A stretch of DNA of 64,000 bases from an uncultured Desulfocapsaceae bacterium (GTDB taxonomy: Bacteria > Desulfobacterota > Desulfobulbia > Desulfobulbales > Desulfocapsaceae), in assembly GCA_964565605.1 (NCBI GenBank), contig CAZMFP010000014.1, forward strand, positions 9,700-73,699, given 5' to 3'. Below are positions 35,564-46,302 of the stretch, in pieces (position 1 is the stretch's first letter; each line of letters begins with the position of its first letter). The translations under genes and the position numbers were made by a program. The notes under the pieces were generated by a model. It was not told the DNA's origin. It made no database searches and saw only the letters and a program-made list of their open reading frames with translations.

Positions 35564-36553
35564 TTATTTATTCCTGGTTAAAACATAATGAGCCAGTTCC
35601 TCTAAAATAACAAACGGATGTCCGTCACCATGTTCTTTATATGGCTTGAGGTGGTGCAGAGCCTCATCTATCAGATTCTGCGCCTTTTTCCTGCTGTCAG
35701 CAAAACCGCTGTGAGACTGAATAAAGTCATAAACTTGATTAAAAGACCGTATCCGTTCCTCTTTCGAGGTCAATATCTCAAGAAATCGTTTCTTATCACT
35801 CCTCTCAGACCTGTTCATCGCATAAATAAGAGGAAGGGTCATTTTTCCTTCAGCCAGGTCATTACCTTTAGACTTTCCGGTCTTGGCCTCATCGCCTTGA
35901 TAATCCAGGAGGTCATCAATTATCTGGAATGCGCAGCCCAAATTGATTCCATAGAGGCTCAATGCCTTTCTATCCAGACTGTTTCCACCACCGAAACAAC
36001 AGCCAATTTCAGTGGCTGCTCCTATCAATAAAGCTGTCTTACCGATAATTCCATCAAAATATTGATCAGCGGATTGGTTATAATTGGTTGCATTTCTTAG
36101 CTGTACAAATTCACCATCGACCATGCCGTGGGTGGCTTTACAAAAAATATCAAGAAGTTGTTTATTGCCATATGTCCCGATCAGCCACATCGACCTGGAG
36201 TGGAGAAAATCACCCGCAAGTATTGCCGGAATCATCCCATATTGACAATGTACAGTGGCCTTGCCACGCCTTGTCTCTCCATTATCAATCACATCATCAT
36301 GAAGAAGAGTGGCAACGTGCAGGTACTCAAATGCTATGGCCAATTTGTATAAGTCGTGCTCATCCTTTGTGCCGAACAGACGGGCAGATAGAACCATCAG
36401 CAACGGCCTGAACCTCTTACCACCACCAAACAGGGAATACTCAAGAACTTCTTGTAATAGACCATCCACATCTGCAGTAACCCCATCAAGGTCTGCGCGC
36501 ATGACTGAATCGATCTTTTTTGATTCGGGAATAATCAGGTCAAACAGTTTCAT
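35564..36553 (-). CDS. ispB: Long-chain polyprenyl diphosphate synthase (IspB-like)
   Basis: The first DDxxD motif is LLHDDVIDNGETRRGK and the second is FQIIDDLLDY. Confidence 0.85.
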   Translation of the reverse strand: MKLFDLIIPESKKIDSVMRADLDGVTADVDGLLQEVLEYSLFGGGKRFRPLLMVLSARLFGTKDEHDLYKLAIAFEYLHVATLLHDDVIDNGETRRGKATVHCQYGMIPAILAGDFLHSRSMWLIGTYGNKQLLDIFCKATHGMVDGEFVQLRNATNYNQSADQYFDGIIGKTALLIGAATEIGCCFGGGNSLDRKALSLYGINLGCAFQIIDDLLDYQGDEAKTGKSKGNDLAEGKMTLPLIYAMNRSERSDKKRFLEILTSKEERIRSFNQVYDFIQSHSGFADSRKKAQNLIDEALHHLKPYKEHGDGHPFVILEELAHYVLTRNK

Positions 36554-36736
36554 GATAACGTAATTATATAGGATTGAGTTTTCCTTTTCCTTTTAACATA
36601 GTTACGAAAATAATCCAAAAACTCCCGCATGGGAATAGAGTCGTTACTCATAATTATTACCTCTAAACAGCAAATTCACGATAACGACCTGTAGCCTGTT
36701 GCTCTTTCAGCTTGAACGAGTCCCCTGCTGAGATGA

Positions 36737-36808
36737 TGATTACCAGGAAAGCTCAGCCCAATACGATCTATTGTCAGTTCTTCCGGCTAGTTTTCGGATA
36801 GGAATCTT
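36737..36808. repeat. Half copy (one arm) of the intergenic palindromic element
   Basis: gattaccaggaaagctcagcccaatacgatctattgtcagttcttccggctagttttcggataggaatc aligns with the left arm of 50510-50727. Confidence 0.4.
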
Positions 36809-36966
36809 CCTCAAAAAACAAACCTTCACCTGGGTCACAAAAAGATCACATCATTTCCGGGTTACAACTTCAATAAATATAGAACTTAGAAAATAGCTGC
36901 CAGGTGTCTGGCAGTCGACTCGTTTTCGACAGTAGCCCGAGCCCCTGAAGTAAGCGAAAAAAAGAG

Positions 36967-38931
36967 CTACTCTTCAAAGAATGCAGTAACAGCGTCCAGA
37001 TCCCTCACAATTGGTGAATCGGGCAGGCTGCTTAAGAAAACTCGCCCATACCCTTTGGAAAAAAGACGAACATCCATAACAGCCAGCACACCTCGATCTG
37101 TTGTCGTTCTCATAAGCCTGCCGACCCCCTGTTTCAACGACAGAACCGCTCGGGGAATCTGGAAGTCAAAAAACGAGCGACCTCCCGAGCTGTTAATCTC
37201 ATCAATACGGGCTCGCACTACCGGATCATCAGGCACCTCAAAAGGCAATTTATCTATAATCAGACAACTCAGTGATTCACCTGCCACATCAACACCTTCC
37301 CAAAAGCTGGCTACAGCCAGCAAAACCGACTCATTTGCTCTACTGAACTGTTCGAGCAGGCTCCGTCTGGACGCTTCCCCCTGAACCAGTACCGGGTACG
37401 GCAGTTTGTCCGATAAATACCCAGCAACAGTATCCATCGCCTTAAATGAAGTAAAAAGGACCAGAGCTCTGCCCTTCGAGGCAAGAATCAGCTTATAAAT
37501 CCGTTTACTGACCTGATCAGGATAGCTGCTGTTTCCTGGTTCTGGAAAACTGTTTTCCGGGACATACAAAAGTGTTCGGCTTTGATAATCGAAAGGAGAT
37601 TGAAGCCGCATAGCTTTAACATTCTCTTCAAGACCAAGCCGCTCACGAACATATGAGAAACTACCCGCCGTAGTAAGAGTCGCTGAAGTAAATACTGAAG
37701 CACCGATAACCGGATAAAGAAACTCACGTAATTCTTCCGCTACTTTTATAGGAGTTGCAGAAATAACAACTGATCGCTTCCTTCTCTCATACCAGTGCAC
37801 ATATCGGTTAACATCAGCCACTTTATCCTCTTGCGTTGGCATTAAAGCCACATCCAACAAGGTCTCACTTAAACCTATACAGCGCTCCTGAAGCTTATGC
37901 CATCCTTCACTCTTGCGGCCAAATTTTCCTAGCTTTTTGCCAAATTCGCTAAAACCACCTGCGACCTCTTCAACCTGATCAGTCCAACCTTTTCTTCCGT
38001 CGACAAAACGGTTCAATGGGTATCTGCCTAAATGTGGCGGAAAAAGAGACATAAAGCCCTCCAGCCTCTTTTTAAGACCTCTTCCCATACCCATGACCCA
38101 ATCAAACTCATCTGCTTCTAAATCTTGTTCAGCCAGTCTCTCTATATCCGCCAGAAGATCAACAAACTGATATTGGCTGAAACTTTTTCCGAAAAAAAGA
38201 GTGGCCACCCGTTCAAGGTGGTGAGCCTCATCAAATATTGCTACTTCGTATCTTGGAAGAATTTCTCCAAACCCGGTCTTTTTCAGGGCCAGGTCGGAGA
38301 AGAAAAGGTGATGATTAACTATGATACAATTGGAAGATCCAGCCTGCCTGCGAACCCTGTTGACATAACAAAAAGAACCATCCGGACAATCACTGCCAAG
38401 GCACTGACTGGAATTAGCAGAAATCTTGGCCCACAGTGGTGAATACTCCGGTAGCCAGTCAAGCTCGGCACGATCGCCTGTCAGTGTCGTTTCGAGCCAG
38501 TCAGCTATCCTTTCTGAGCGATCATCTTCAACAAGGCTGAGCTGCAAAGAGCTTCGATACTGATTCCATCGATATAAACACAAATAGTTTTGTCGGCCTT
38601 TCACACAGACTGCACCGAGATCCTTTTCGAAAATCTTCTCTATAAGCGGAATTTCCTTTCGTAAAATTTGATCCTGCAGGTTTATAGTAGCTGTTGAAAC
38701 CACGACCCTCCTGCCGGAAAGAATCGCAGGAATGAGATAACCAAGAGTTTTACCGATACCGGTCTCCGCCTCCACCAGTAATAAATTTTCATGCATTCCA
38801 AGCATCCCTGGAGCGGATGGTTGCTGCAATAGTTCGTCAACGGCCTCGGCCATCTGCAATTGCCCTGCACGAAAATCAAACTCCGACAAAGCCTTTTCCA
38901 GCAAGCCACCTTTTGCAAATATTTTTTTCAT
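36967..38931 (-). CDS. dinG: ATP-dependent DNA helicase, DinG/XPD (Rad3) family
   Basis: Walker A is ETGIGKTLGYLIP. The DEAH box is FDEAHHL. The four Cys (CxxxxxCxxxxC... in CLGSDCPDGSFC) suggest an Fe-S domain. C-terminal helicase motifs are present. Confidence 0.8.
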   Translation of the reverse strand: MKKIFAKGGLLEKALSEFDFRAGQLQMAEAVDELLQQPSAPGMLGMHENLLLVEAETGIGKTLGYLIPAILSGRRVVVSTATINLQDQILRKEIPLIEKIFEKDLGAVCVKGRQNYLCLYRWNQYRSSLQLSLVEDDRSERIADWLETTLTGDRAELDWLPEYSPLWAKISANSSQCLGSDCPDGSFCYVNRVRRQAGSSNCIIVNHHLFFSDLALKKTGFGEILPRYEVAIFDEAHHLERVATLFFGKSFSQYQFVDLLADIERLAEQDLEADEFDWVMGMGRGLKKRLEGFMSLFPPHLGRYPLNRFVDGRKGWTDQVEEVAGGFSEFGKKLGKFGRKSEGWHKLQERCIGLSETLLDVALMPTQEDKVADVNRYVHWYERRKRSVVISATPIKVAEELREFLYPVIGASVFTSATLTTAGSFSYVRERLGLEENVKAMRLQSPFDYQSRTLLYVPENSFPEPGNSSYPDQVSKRIYKLILASKGRALVLFTSFKAMDTVAGYLSDKLPYPVLVQGEASRRSLLEQFSRANESVLLAVASFWEGVDVAGESLSCLIIDKLPFEVPDDPVVRARIDEINSSGGRSFFDFQIPRAVLSLKQGVGRLMRTTTDRGVLAVMDVRLFSKGYGRVFLSSLPDSPIVRDLDAVTAFFEE

Positions 38932-38949
38932 CTATAGGTTTGGAGTTTT

Positions 38950-40356
38950 TTAGCGGAAAAAAGAGAGCAAGGTCCCGGTCAAAGAGAGAGCTGCTGCGAC
39001 AATAAAACTAATATGCAGTGATCGAAGAAAAGCAGAAACATGATGCGGTTCAAATCCATTCAAACTCGCACCTTGTGAAAAATAATAAAACGAAGAACTA
39101 AAAACAATCCCGGCCAGGGACACGCCAAAGAGCATACCAATATTTCTGGATGTCGCCAATAAACTCGATGTTATCCCGGTATATTTTTCTTCAACTCCTG
39201 ATAATACAGAGGCGGAATTTGGAGAAAGGAAAATCGATTGACCCATTCCTAATAGAGCCAGACCCCACATCACCTGCCCTGTAGAAGTGTCTGCCTGCGT
39301 GAAAATAAAAGATATGACACTTATTGTGCAGATCAAAAGACCGATTGTGGTCAATTTTCTAGCACCCAGATAATCATATAATCTGCCGGCTATCGGTGAG
39401 ACAACCGACAAGGTAACTGGCAGTGCCATCATAACAGTCCCAATCTCAATAGTTGACAGATTCAATAGAAAAGTCAGATAAAATGGGATGAGAATAATCA
39501 CAATGAACAGAACCGAAAATGACAGAATCGAGGTCAACATCCCTATAGTAAAATATTTATGACCAATCAGTTCTCTGGGGACAAGTGGAACTTCAGCTTT
39601 ACGCTCACTATAGATCAGCAGGAAAAACAAAAAGAAAAGAAAGGGGATTTGCCAACCAATTGTTGTGTTCGCCATATTCTTGACGGATGCTGTGAATATA
39701 ATGACACCAGCGACAAAGAGTGACCAACAAACAAAAGAAGGCCAGCCAAACGGTATGGCTGGTGATTTTTTTCCCGTTTTGATTTTTGGAAGTATAAAAA
39801 ACCAACCGGCGATAAAGGTGAAAACACCAAAAGGTATTGTGGCAAAAAATATATAACGCCAGGAAAAATGGTGAAGCAGGAACCCCGATACTACCGGACC
39901 ACTCATCAGCCCGGCAGAAGTTGCAACACCGATGAACCCCAAGGCCTTTCCTAAATGCCCGACTGGAGAGATGTGAGCAATAATAGCCGGACCACATGCC
40001 ATCATCATTGCTGCCCCAACAGCCTGGGTAAAACGGAAAAAAATAACACTTCCAAGAGTGAGTGACAAACCGCTTCCCCCAGAGCCGAAGACAAACAGTA
40101 ACATGCCCAACACATACAGTCTGGCCATTCCAAACCGATCGGAAATATGCCCCCAGAGAGGTAAAGTGATCGTAATGGTCAACAGGTAGACCTGGACAAC
40201 CCATTGACACTGGAAAAATGTGCAGCCGAAATGGCGCATGATGGATGGCAGGGCAACATTGATCATGCTTGAGTCCATTGTTGCCAGAAAAACCCCCGTG
40301 GCAACAACCAAAAAACCATACCTTCTCTGGACTCTGTTTAAAGAATTGGTCTTCAC
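38950..40356 (-). CDS. MFS transporter, 14-TMS DHA2 (EmrB/QacA-like) drug:H+ antiporter family
   Basis: A 468-aa protein with about 14 hydrophobic segments. MDSSMINVALPSI is a DHA2-type motif near the N-terminus. Confidence 0.75.
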   Translation of the reverse strand: MKTNSLNRVQRRYGFLVVATGVFLATMDSSMINVALPSIMRHFGCTFFQCQWVVQVYLLTITITLPLWGHISDRFGMARLYVLGMLLFVFGSGGSGLSLTLGSVIFFRFTQAVGAAMMMACGPAIIAHISPVGHLGKALGFIGVATSAGLMSGPVVSGFLLHHFSWRYIFFATIPFGVFTFIAGWFFILPKIKTGKKSPAIPFGWPSFVCWSLFVAGVIIFTASVKNMANTTIGWQIPFLFFLFFLLIYSERKAEVPLVPRELIGHKYFTIGMLTSILSFSVLFIVIILIPFYLTFLLNLSTIEIGTVMMALPVTLSVVSPIAGRLYDYLGARKLTTIGLLICTISVISFIFTQADTSTGQVMWGLALLGMGQSIFLSPNSASVLSGVEEKYTGITSSLLATSRNIGMLFGVSLAGIVFSSSFYYFSQGASLNGFEPHHVSAFLRSLHISFIVAAALSLTGTLLSFFR

Positions 40357-40403
40357 CTACTGGGGCCCCAGGTTTTTACAAAAACCGTATTTCTATAGCT
40401 GAA

Positions 40404-40443
40404 TAAAAAAAGGGCGGGTTCGAAGTTACTCGAACCCGCCCTT
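40404..40443 (-). terminator. Intrinsic terminator downstream of the porin gene
   Basis: On the minus strand, gggcgggttcga-gtaact-tcgaacccgccc is followed by ttttttt. Confidence 0.8.
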
Positions 40444-40478
40444 TCAAGATTTAAGAGTAATCTTTAACGACTTACTTC

Positions 40479-41687
40479 TTAGTACTTGACCTCAAGCTTC
40501 ATGTATGCACCGTAAGCGGTATCATCATAACCACCCAGGCCACCTTCGTCGGAAGGCAGAACTGCACCAGCTGCGAAGGTCAGAGCAGCACCGTCAGAGA
40601 TGGTGTACTTACCGCCACCAGAAACTTCGATGAGGTTAGCATAACCGTCAACAGAAGCGTAGGTCAGGTAAGCGTTGAGTGCCAAGTTGGCAGCAGGACT
40701 GAAACCAAGAGCAGCTACACCAAATACGGTATCGCCACCAGCACCAATCTGAGATACCCAGGTAATCGGGGAGTTGTTACCATTACCGATCATGTGAGTA
40801 CCGAAGTCGTTATCAGCCAAGAAACCATCTTTGGTCATACCAACAATACCGGTAACAGAAACGGCACCAAAAGAGGTGGAAACAGAACCGAATGCACCAA
40901 ACTGGGTGTCATCAGCAGCGTCAGCCTTCTTGAAAGAACCTTCAACTGCAACGGCAACTGGACCAGCTTTACCGGTGAGGTTTACAGAACCTAAAACAAC
41001 ATTGTTAGATGTAGGAGTCTCGTCCTGGAGATAAATACCAATAGCTTTGGCCATCCAGTCACCAAACTTCTGCTTCACAACAACACCGTAACCGTTCTTA
41101 TCATTATCAGAAGTCCAGTCTGTGGACGCATAACCGACAATCGGTGCACCTGTTACAGTATAGGTTCCAACAACACCAGTAGCGGTATTGGTTGCAGGCC
41201 AGCTAACTGTAGCAGTACCTTTATCGGTGAGTTCGGCATTCTTATCGTAGAACGCAGCAACGGTGGTACCAGCAGCCTTCCAAACAACTTTCAGACGATC
41301 TTTACGACCATCCCAAGCAAACCACTTGGAGAAGTTGGTTACCTGACGTCCGGCAGAGACGGTAACTGGTCCCATTGGAACTCCGATGTATGCATAATCA
41401 ACATAGATATTCTTGGAATCAGCGGCATTACCGGTAGCACCTTGTCCGCCGTCCCACATGCCGTCAGCCATTCTGATTCTGGCTTTTGCGAAGGCACCGC
41501 CTTTAGCTTTAGCATTAACTTTCAGACGTACACGGGAATCGATCTTGGTTACAGAGCGACCATCTTTGTAAGCCTCTTGCATAATAGCACGAGCACGAGC
41601 AGAACCACCGAAGGTTACCTCAGCCATAGCGGAAGAGGCCATACCGACCATTGCAAGGCCCGCGGCAACAGCAATAAATTTTTTCAT
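40479..41687 (-). CDS. Outer-membrane beta-barrel porin
   Basis: The signal peptide is MKKFIAVAAGLAMVGMASSAMA. The protein shows an alternating amphipathic beta-strand pattern rich in Gly/Ala/Thr/Tyr and has an aromatic C-terminus ...MKLEVKY. Confidence 0.65.
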   Translation of the reverse strand: MKKFIAVAAGLAMVGMASSAMAEVTFGGSARARAIMQEAYKDGRSVTKIDSRVRLKVNAKAKGGAFAKARIRMADGMWDGGQGATGNAADSKNIYVDYAYIGVPMGPVTVSAGRQVTNFSKWFAWDGRKDRLKVVWKAAGTTVAAFYDKNAELTDKGTATVSWPATNTATGVVGTYTVTGAPIVGYASTDWTSDNDKNGYGVVVKQKFGDWMAKAIGIYLQDETPTSNNVVLGSVNLTGKAGPVAVAVEGSFKKADAADDTQFGAFGSVSTSFGAVSVTGIVGMTKDGFLADNDFGTHMIGNGNNSPITWVSQIGAGGDTVFGVAALGFSPAANLALNAYLTYASVDGYANLIEVSGGGKYTISDGAALTFAAGAVLPSDEGGLGGYDDTAYGAYMKLEVKY

Positions 41688-41877
41688 TTTAATCTCTCCT
41701 TAAAAGGTTTTTGGTCTCTTCTATTGAGACCATTTATATTCCTTTTCCAGCGCATCCGGCTTAATCAAATTCACAAGCACAGGAAAGCGTAGAAAGGACT
41801 TTCTGGCTGAGATTATATACAGTGGCTAACAGTCATGTCAAGTTTTTTTTACCTGAGTATAAAAATTTATACCTCCC

Positions 41878-43614
41878 CTATTTGCCTGACGTTGCTGCCT
41901 GCTTTTTCGGGAATTCCAGCTGATATTCCTGCAGCCGACTTCCACTCTTTTCCGACGAAAAGATATCGAGCAAACCACTCTCATTGATCTTACCGACCCA
42001 TAGTCTGGCGCCAACCGGCTCTGACGCTGCCGCATCACTATCCAGCCTGAAACGATAATCGGTTATATATCCTTTCATCATGCTTGTACGCCACAGTTCA
42101 TCCATCGATGTGCCATTCCAGGTCAAGGCCGAGAGAAAGCCGGATTCATAACTTCTTGAGTTGGGAAGAAACCTGTACTCAGATACCTTTGATGGTCTAT
42201 TCCTGCCGATGAGTATTTCCGGTTTATTGTCACGATTGGAATCGGTCACAATAATTCTGGTCGGGATATAGACAAGGAGTCGCTCTACTCCAGCGCTATC
42301 AGTTATCAGTGGTGGACCAAAATAATTTATACTGCCGCCAAATTCCTCGCTCGATACCCAGAGCAGTTTATTATCATGGGAATAAACCCTTAACTTTTCT
42401 TTGTCATCAATCACAATCAACTCTGAGACCTTATCATCATCCAGATCTACATAAGCAAAATCAAAAAGGTTCACTTTCTCTGGAACATTCAGCTTGCTGC
42501 CGCTTTCAAGTGTGGATCCTTTCAGGTCCAGGTAGAACAGGCCCGGCTCAACGACTTCCTTCTCTTCGGCTATGTCTGTGGTGCCTCGTTGACCAACCAG
42601 TACCGCAGCTTTTCCCTGGCCCATTTTTACTGGACGAAGATAAAAAGGTATATTTTTCAACCGATAAGCAAAAGCCCCATTTCCATTATATTCCACAACG
42701 GCTGAAGCCGGCTGATACTTCCGTGATGCACTAAGGACAAGAGATTTGCTGTTATTTCCATCAAGATCTGCGAGATTTACCGCATGGATTTTCACGTCAC
42801 CCGGCAAGTCAAACTGCCCGATTTGCTTAAATTCTTCTCCTATAAATTGGTGCAGCCTTATCTGGTTTCTTGAACAGAGAATCAACTCAACCTGACCATC
42901 ACCATCCAAATCGGCCACTTCAAAGGTGACTAAATCAATGGGCAACCGAGGACTCTGCCTGATATTCTTTGACGTGACAAGTGTTCCTGCACGTATTCCA
43001 AGAAGTGATGACGAATAGATACCTTTTTTGAAAATCCGTTCAGGGTGGGCTGTTTCAAAGCCGCTCAAGCCATCACTATCTCTCCCTTCAGGCTGGCCTG
43101 AGAGGATTTTTTTCACCCCATATACCTTCTCTGCCACCTCCTCGGCAACTCCGTCAAGCGCGGTAAAGATCGCTTGAGGCTCCTTTGCGTCAGCAATAAA
43201 CTTTTCGATATCTCTTTCTTTGGAAGCAGGATAAAAAGCCAGCTCCAGCCGTAAGCTCTTATGGAGGGAGTAAAGCGTTCCTGAAACAAGATAGTCAACC
43301 TGCAACTTCCTGAGAAGTGTTCCAACCTGCTCTTTCGACGGCGCCGTGCCCAGTCTTTTCAGTTCACTCTCAAACAGTGAATAGTCCAACTCAACAGCTG
43401 GGGTACTTGTGACCAATCGCCCGGCCAGCATCGCTCTCAATCCGTCCCGCACATAATCAAATTGACCTGAAGCGCCTATTTCAAAAGGCAGTATTACGAT
43501 TTTAGATGAATCGCCGCCCTCTCTCGCCTGGCCGTTTACGGGCCAAAGAAGTACCAGAGAGAGAAGAAAGACACAGCAGACACTCTCCCATGTCCGTTTC
43601 CTAACTGTTTGCAT
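41878..43614 (-). CDS. Exported FG-GAP/VCBS-repeat protein
   Basis: ATG 43614 gives the signal MQTVRKRTWESVCCVFLLSLVLLWPVNGQA. Repeated Ca-binding-like motifs ADLDGDGQVELI, ADLDGNNSKSLV and VDLDDDKVSELI are present. The ORF-track start at 43710 is less likely. Confidence 0.55.
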   Translation of the reverse strand: MQTVRKRTWESVCCVFLLSLVLLWPVNGQAREGGDSSKIVILPFEIGASGQFDYVRDGLRAMLAGRLVTSTPAVELDYSLFESELKRLGTAPSKEQVGTLLRKLQVDYLVSGTLYSLHKSLRLELAFYPASKERDIEKFIADAKEPQAIFTALDGVAEEVAEKVYGVKKILSGQPEGRDSDGLSGFETAHPERIFKKGIYSSSLLGIRAGTLVTSKNIRQSPRLPIDLVTFEVADLDGDGQVELILCSRNQIRLHQFIGEEFKQIGQFDLPGDVKIHAVNLADLDGNNSKSLVLSASRKYQPASAVVEYNGNGAFAYRLKNIPFYLRPVKMGQGKAAVLVGQRGTTDIAEEKEVVEPGLFYLDLKGSTLESGSKLNVPEKVNLFDFAYVDLDDDKVSELIVIDDKEKLRVYSHDNKLLWVSSEEFGGSINYFGPPLITDSAGVERLLVYIPTRIIVTDSNRDNKPEILIGRNRPSKVSEYRFLPNSRSYESGFLSALTWNGTSMDELWRTSMMKGYITDYRFRLDSDAAASEPVGARLWVGKINESGLLDIFSSEKSGSRLQEYQLEFPKKQAATSGK

Positions 43615-44213
43615 ATTGCATACCCTTAAAAAAAATATGGTTTTAGATCGGTAAAAGATTACACATTCACCGTCTGCAGACTGTGGATCAAGTTTAAACA
43701 TATAGCGCACTTTTCCCCTTGTTGCAAGAAACTGTAATCTGGTGCAATCATATTATACTGTTCGCATCTTGATCTTAAAAACAAACTGGAATCTGGTTGT
43801 TGAAGGAAAGTCCATGTTGTTGACAAACAGGTACACCCAGACCCGGATCATCAAAGCCTAAAATGAGCAAGGACATTTGACACGTACAGCAATTTACCTG
43901 TTACTTCTACTAGTTAACAGGTGCGGTAGTGGAACTCCGGCTTCCGAACTCGAAAGGAAACCGGGAAACAAGCCAATCAGGTCAATGATTTCCCCCTAAG
44001 TTTTACATACTTAACCAATCTTTTTCTTGACTTTTTTGCGAATCATATGCATAGGTTATATAGAGGGTTAAAATTTTTGTACTCTGCGTTCAGCTATTAA
44101 ACAATCACGACTCAACCCTTTAGACCGTTCATGAACATATCAAGGCTTACTCCCATTGCCGGTTTTTGGTCGCTTTTGAAAGCGGCCTGCCCAGGCAAAT
44201 CACAGAAGAAGTT

Positions 44214-45296
44214 ATGAAAGAGCTGCTGTCAATCATTTCCGTTTGCTTGATTTCAATGAGCGCACCCTCTGTCTGCGCTTCTGAAAACAGTGACAGCTCA
44301 CTGCTCTCGAACAGATCCAGCAACTCTATCTCTTCGTTTGACCCATGGACGGATCCGCAGCCGGTTGCCTGGGAAAATGCGTTTATCAACCAAAACAGTA
44401 CCACGGCAACGAAGGTGCCATTCTATTCGAACAAGCTGTTTGGCCAGCGGTTTGACGTAAGCACTCTGTTTAAACGAGAAATTCTGCCAAAACTCGACGA
44501 CCCAATTACCGGCATCAATTATTTTGAAATCGACAGTCGAATCAAAGGAGACTGGGGCGATATCACCCTTTCATTTGAGAACAGCCATCTCGGCACTGAG
44601 CAACCTGACCTGTTATCCACCCCCATCCCTTCTGACCAGCAATTCGCTTCACCCACTAAAGAGTTTGCCATTAGAACAAATGGACACGGACGTCTTCGAT
44701 TGTCAGATCGCTTCAGCCTGGAAATCGAGTTGGAATACCTGGCAGGTGACAGCTTCGGCCCCGACGGTCCCCACCTCGAACTGCCAACACTTGCGTATTC
44801 CGCCGACCTTAATTCCAAGTTCGGCAATTTGAATACACGGACCGTCTACTTTCATATGGATAGAAATCACGATTTCAGTCGATATGGTGACTACTCCTTT
44901 TCCAGAGAAAAGGAACGGGGCTTCAGGCCACTCTATATTCTAACCGGAACCCAAGCTGACATTTTTTCTGACGATATTGGTGACTCCTCCTTTTCCAGCC
45001 AGACAAAGAGCGCCGGAATAGACGGCATAGCCTTTATAGCCGATTATAAAGCATCACCAAGGATTAAGCTGCATACAGCCATTGGAGCAGCCAATGCCGA
45101 CAAAACGCCCCTTGACAGTAACAATTATTTTGGGTGGGAAGCAAATATCGGCCTTGGATATAAAATCCTGGACAATCTGACCTATGAGCTCCATTTAGGA
45201 TATATGGCCACGGGCGATTTTTTCAAGAGCAATGACGTCGATGTCGAAACAGAGGACATGGCCATTATTACCCAGCACTTGACGTTAAAATTCTAG
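44214..45296 (+). CDS. Putative outer-membrane beta-barrel protein
   Basis: The signal is MKELLSIISVCLISMSAPSVCA. The protein is rich in beta strands and ends in ...HLTLKF (terminal Phe, an OMP signature). Confidence 0.5.
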   Translation: MKELLSIISVCLISMSAPSVCASENSDSSLLSNRSSNSISSFDPWTDPQPVAWENAFINQNSTTATKVPFYSNKLFGQRFDVSTLFKREILPKLDDPITGINYFEIDSRIKGDWGDITLSFENSHLGTEQPDLLSTPIPSDQQFASPTKEFAIRTNGHGRLRLSDRFSLEIELEYLAGDSFGPDGPHLELPTLAYSADLNSKFGNLNTRTVYFHMDRNHDFSRYGDYSFSREKERGFRPLYILTGTQADIFSDDIGDSSFSSQTKSAGIDGIAFIADYKASPRIKLHTAIGAANADKTPLDSNNYFGWEANIGLGYKILDNLTYELHLGYMATGDFFKSNDVDVETEDMAIITQHLTLKF

Positions 45297-45323
45297 CGGC
45301 AGCCGCTTGCCCTCCGTTTGTGC

Positions 45324-46097
45324 TTACAGGCTTTGGTTTTTATTTAACCTTCTGCTGATAGCCTGCAAATCCAACCAGGTCACCTTCTTCATTTCCTCAT
45401 TTTTCAAAAGATAGGACGGATGATATGTCGGCATAACTGGAATAGACTGCTCATCTGCCCCGGAATAGTTATGAAACCGCCCTCTGAGCTGGGACAAGGA
45501 TTGTCTGTTTTGTAACAGCAACTGAGTAACAACTGGGCCCATCGTGCAGATAACTTGCGGCTGAACAAGACCAATCTGGCGGTGGAGATAGGGCAAACAA
45601 GACTGAAAGCTACCTGGCGAAGGTGGTGTTGTCGAATCGAGACCACATTTAATCAAGTTGGTAACAAAGACATCCTCCTCTCTTAAATTGATTGCCGCAA
45701 CCATCCGAGACAACATGGCATCTTCTTCATGGCCAAAAAGAAGGGTGCTGTTTTCCTCTCCATCAGCAGGCAGAGCCAGCCATTCACCTACCACGAACAA
45801 CTTTGCCCGCCGACTGCCTCGGCCAACCACACTTATTATCCTTCGCTTTGCCAATTCACAGATATGACAATTTGCAATTTCATTACAAATGTCAGCAAGT
45901 GTACCTTCACATGATTGCAAACATTGACGACCTACAGTCCTTTGACTACTCTTTGGGGTCGATATTGAAGAAAATCTCTCCCCCCTGATGAAGTTGTTGG
46001 TTTCATCATTTCTGCAATACCCGCCAAGACCGATACTTCGGTGATACCGGATCAGGGAACGAACATCTTTAATCAAATCTATTTCGTACGGCTCCAT
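45324..46097 (-). CDS. Uracil-DNA glycosylase superfamily protein (family 4/5-like)
   Basis: KLFVVGEWLALP occupies the position of the GEAPG motif. The C-terminal region PTYHPSYLLKN corresponds to the HPS motif. Confidence 0.6.
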   Translation of the reverse strand: MEPYEIDLIKDVRSLIRYHRSIGLGGYCRNDETNNFIRGERFSSISTPKSSQRTVGRQCLQSCEGTLADICNEIANCHICELAKRRIISVVGRGSRRAKLFVVGEWLALPADGEENSTLLFGHEEDAMLSRMVAAINLREEDVFVTNLIKCGLDSTTPPSPGSFQSCLPYLHRQIGLVQPQVICTMGPVVTQLLLQNRQSLSQLRGRFHNYSGADEQSIPVMPTYHPSYLLKNEEMKKVTWLDLQAISRRLNKNQSL

Positions 46098-46302
46098 CTT
46101 TCACTCTCTCTTGGCTCTTCAACCTGCACCAAAAATGAAAACTTTTTTCTGAATAAAGACAATGATACCCACATTTGGCCTAAGATGCCAACGAGATAAT
46201 ATTTTGGAAAAACAGCAAGCAATTTAACCAATTCCTGGTAATATAGGCTACAAGGTAGTATAGCAGATTAACTTAAAAACAGTCATCGACACGAGGCGCT
46301 CT

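Noticed and set aside
39608-40210. A 200-aa ORF in an alternative minus-strand frame inside the MFS transporter gene
   Set aside because: It is fully nested within a 468-aa ORF that has clear 14-TMS MFS character. Its composition is that of an out-of-frame read.
43790-43990. Strings resembling RNase P RNA or SRP RNA (gaaggaaagtcc; aggtgcggtagtgg...; aatcaggtca)
   Set aside because: These are isolated short matches only. The complementary P4 strand and the other universally conserved helices of RNase P are absent, as is the SRP GGAA/AGCA domain IV motif.
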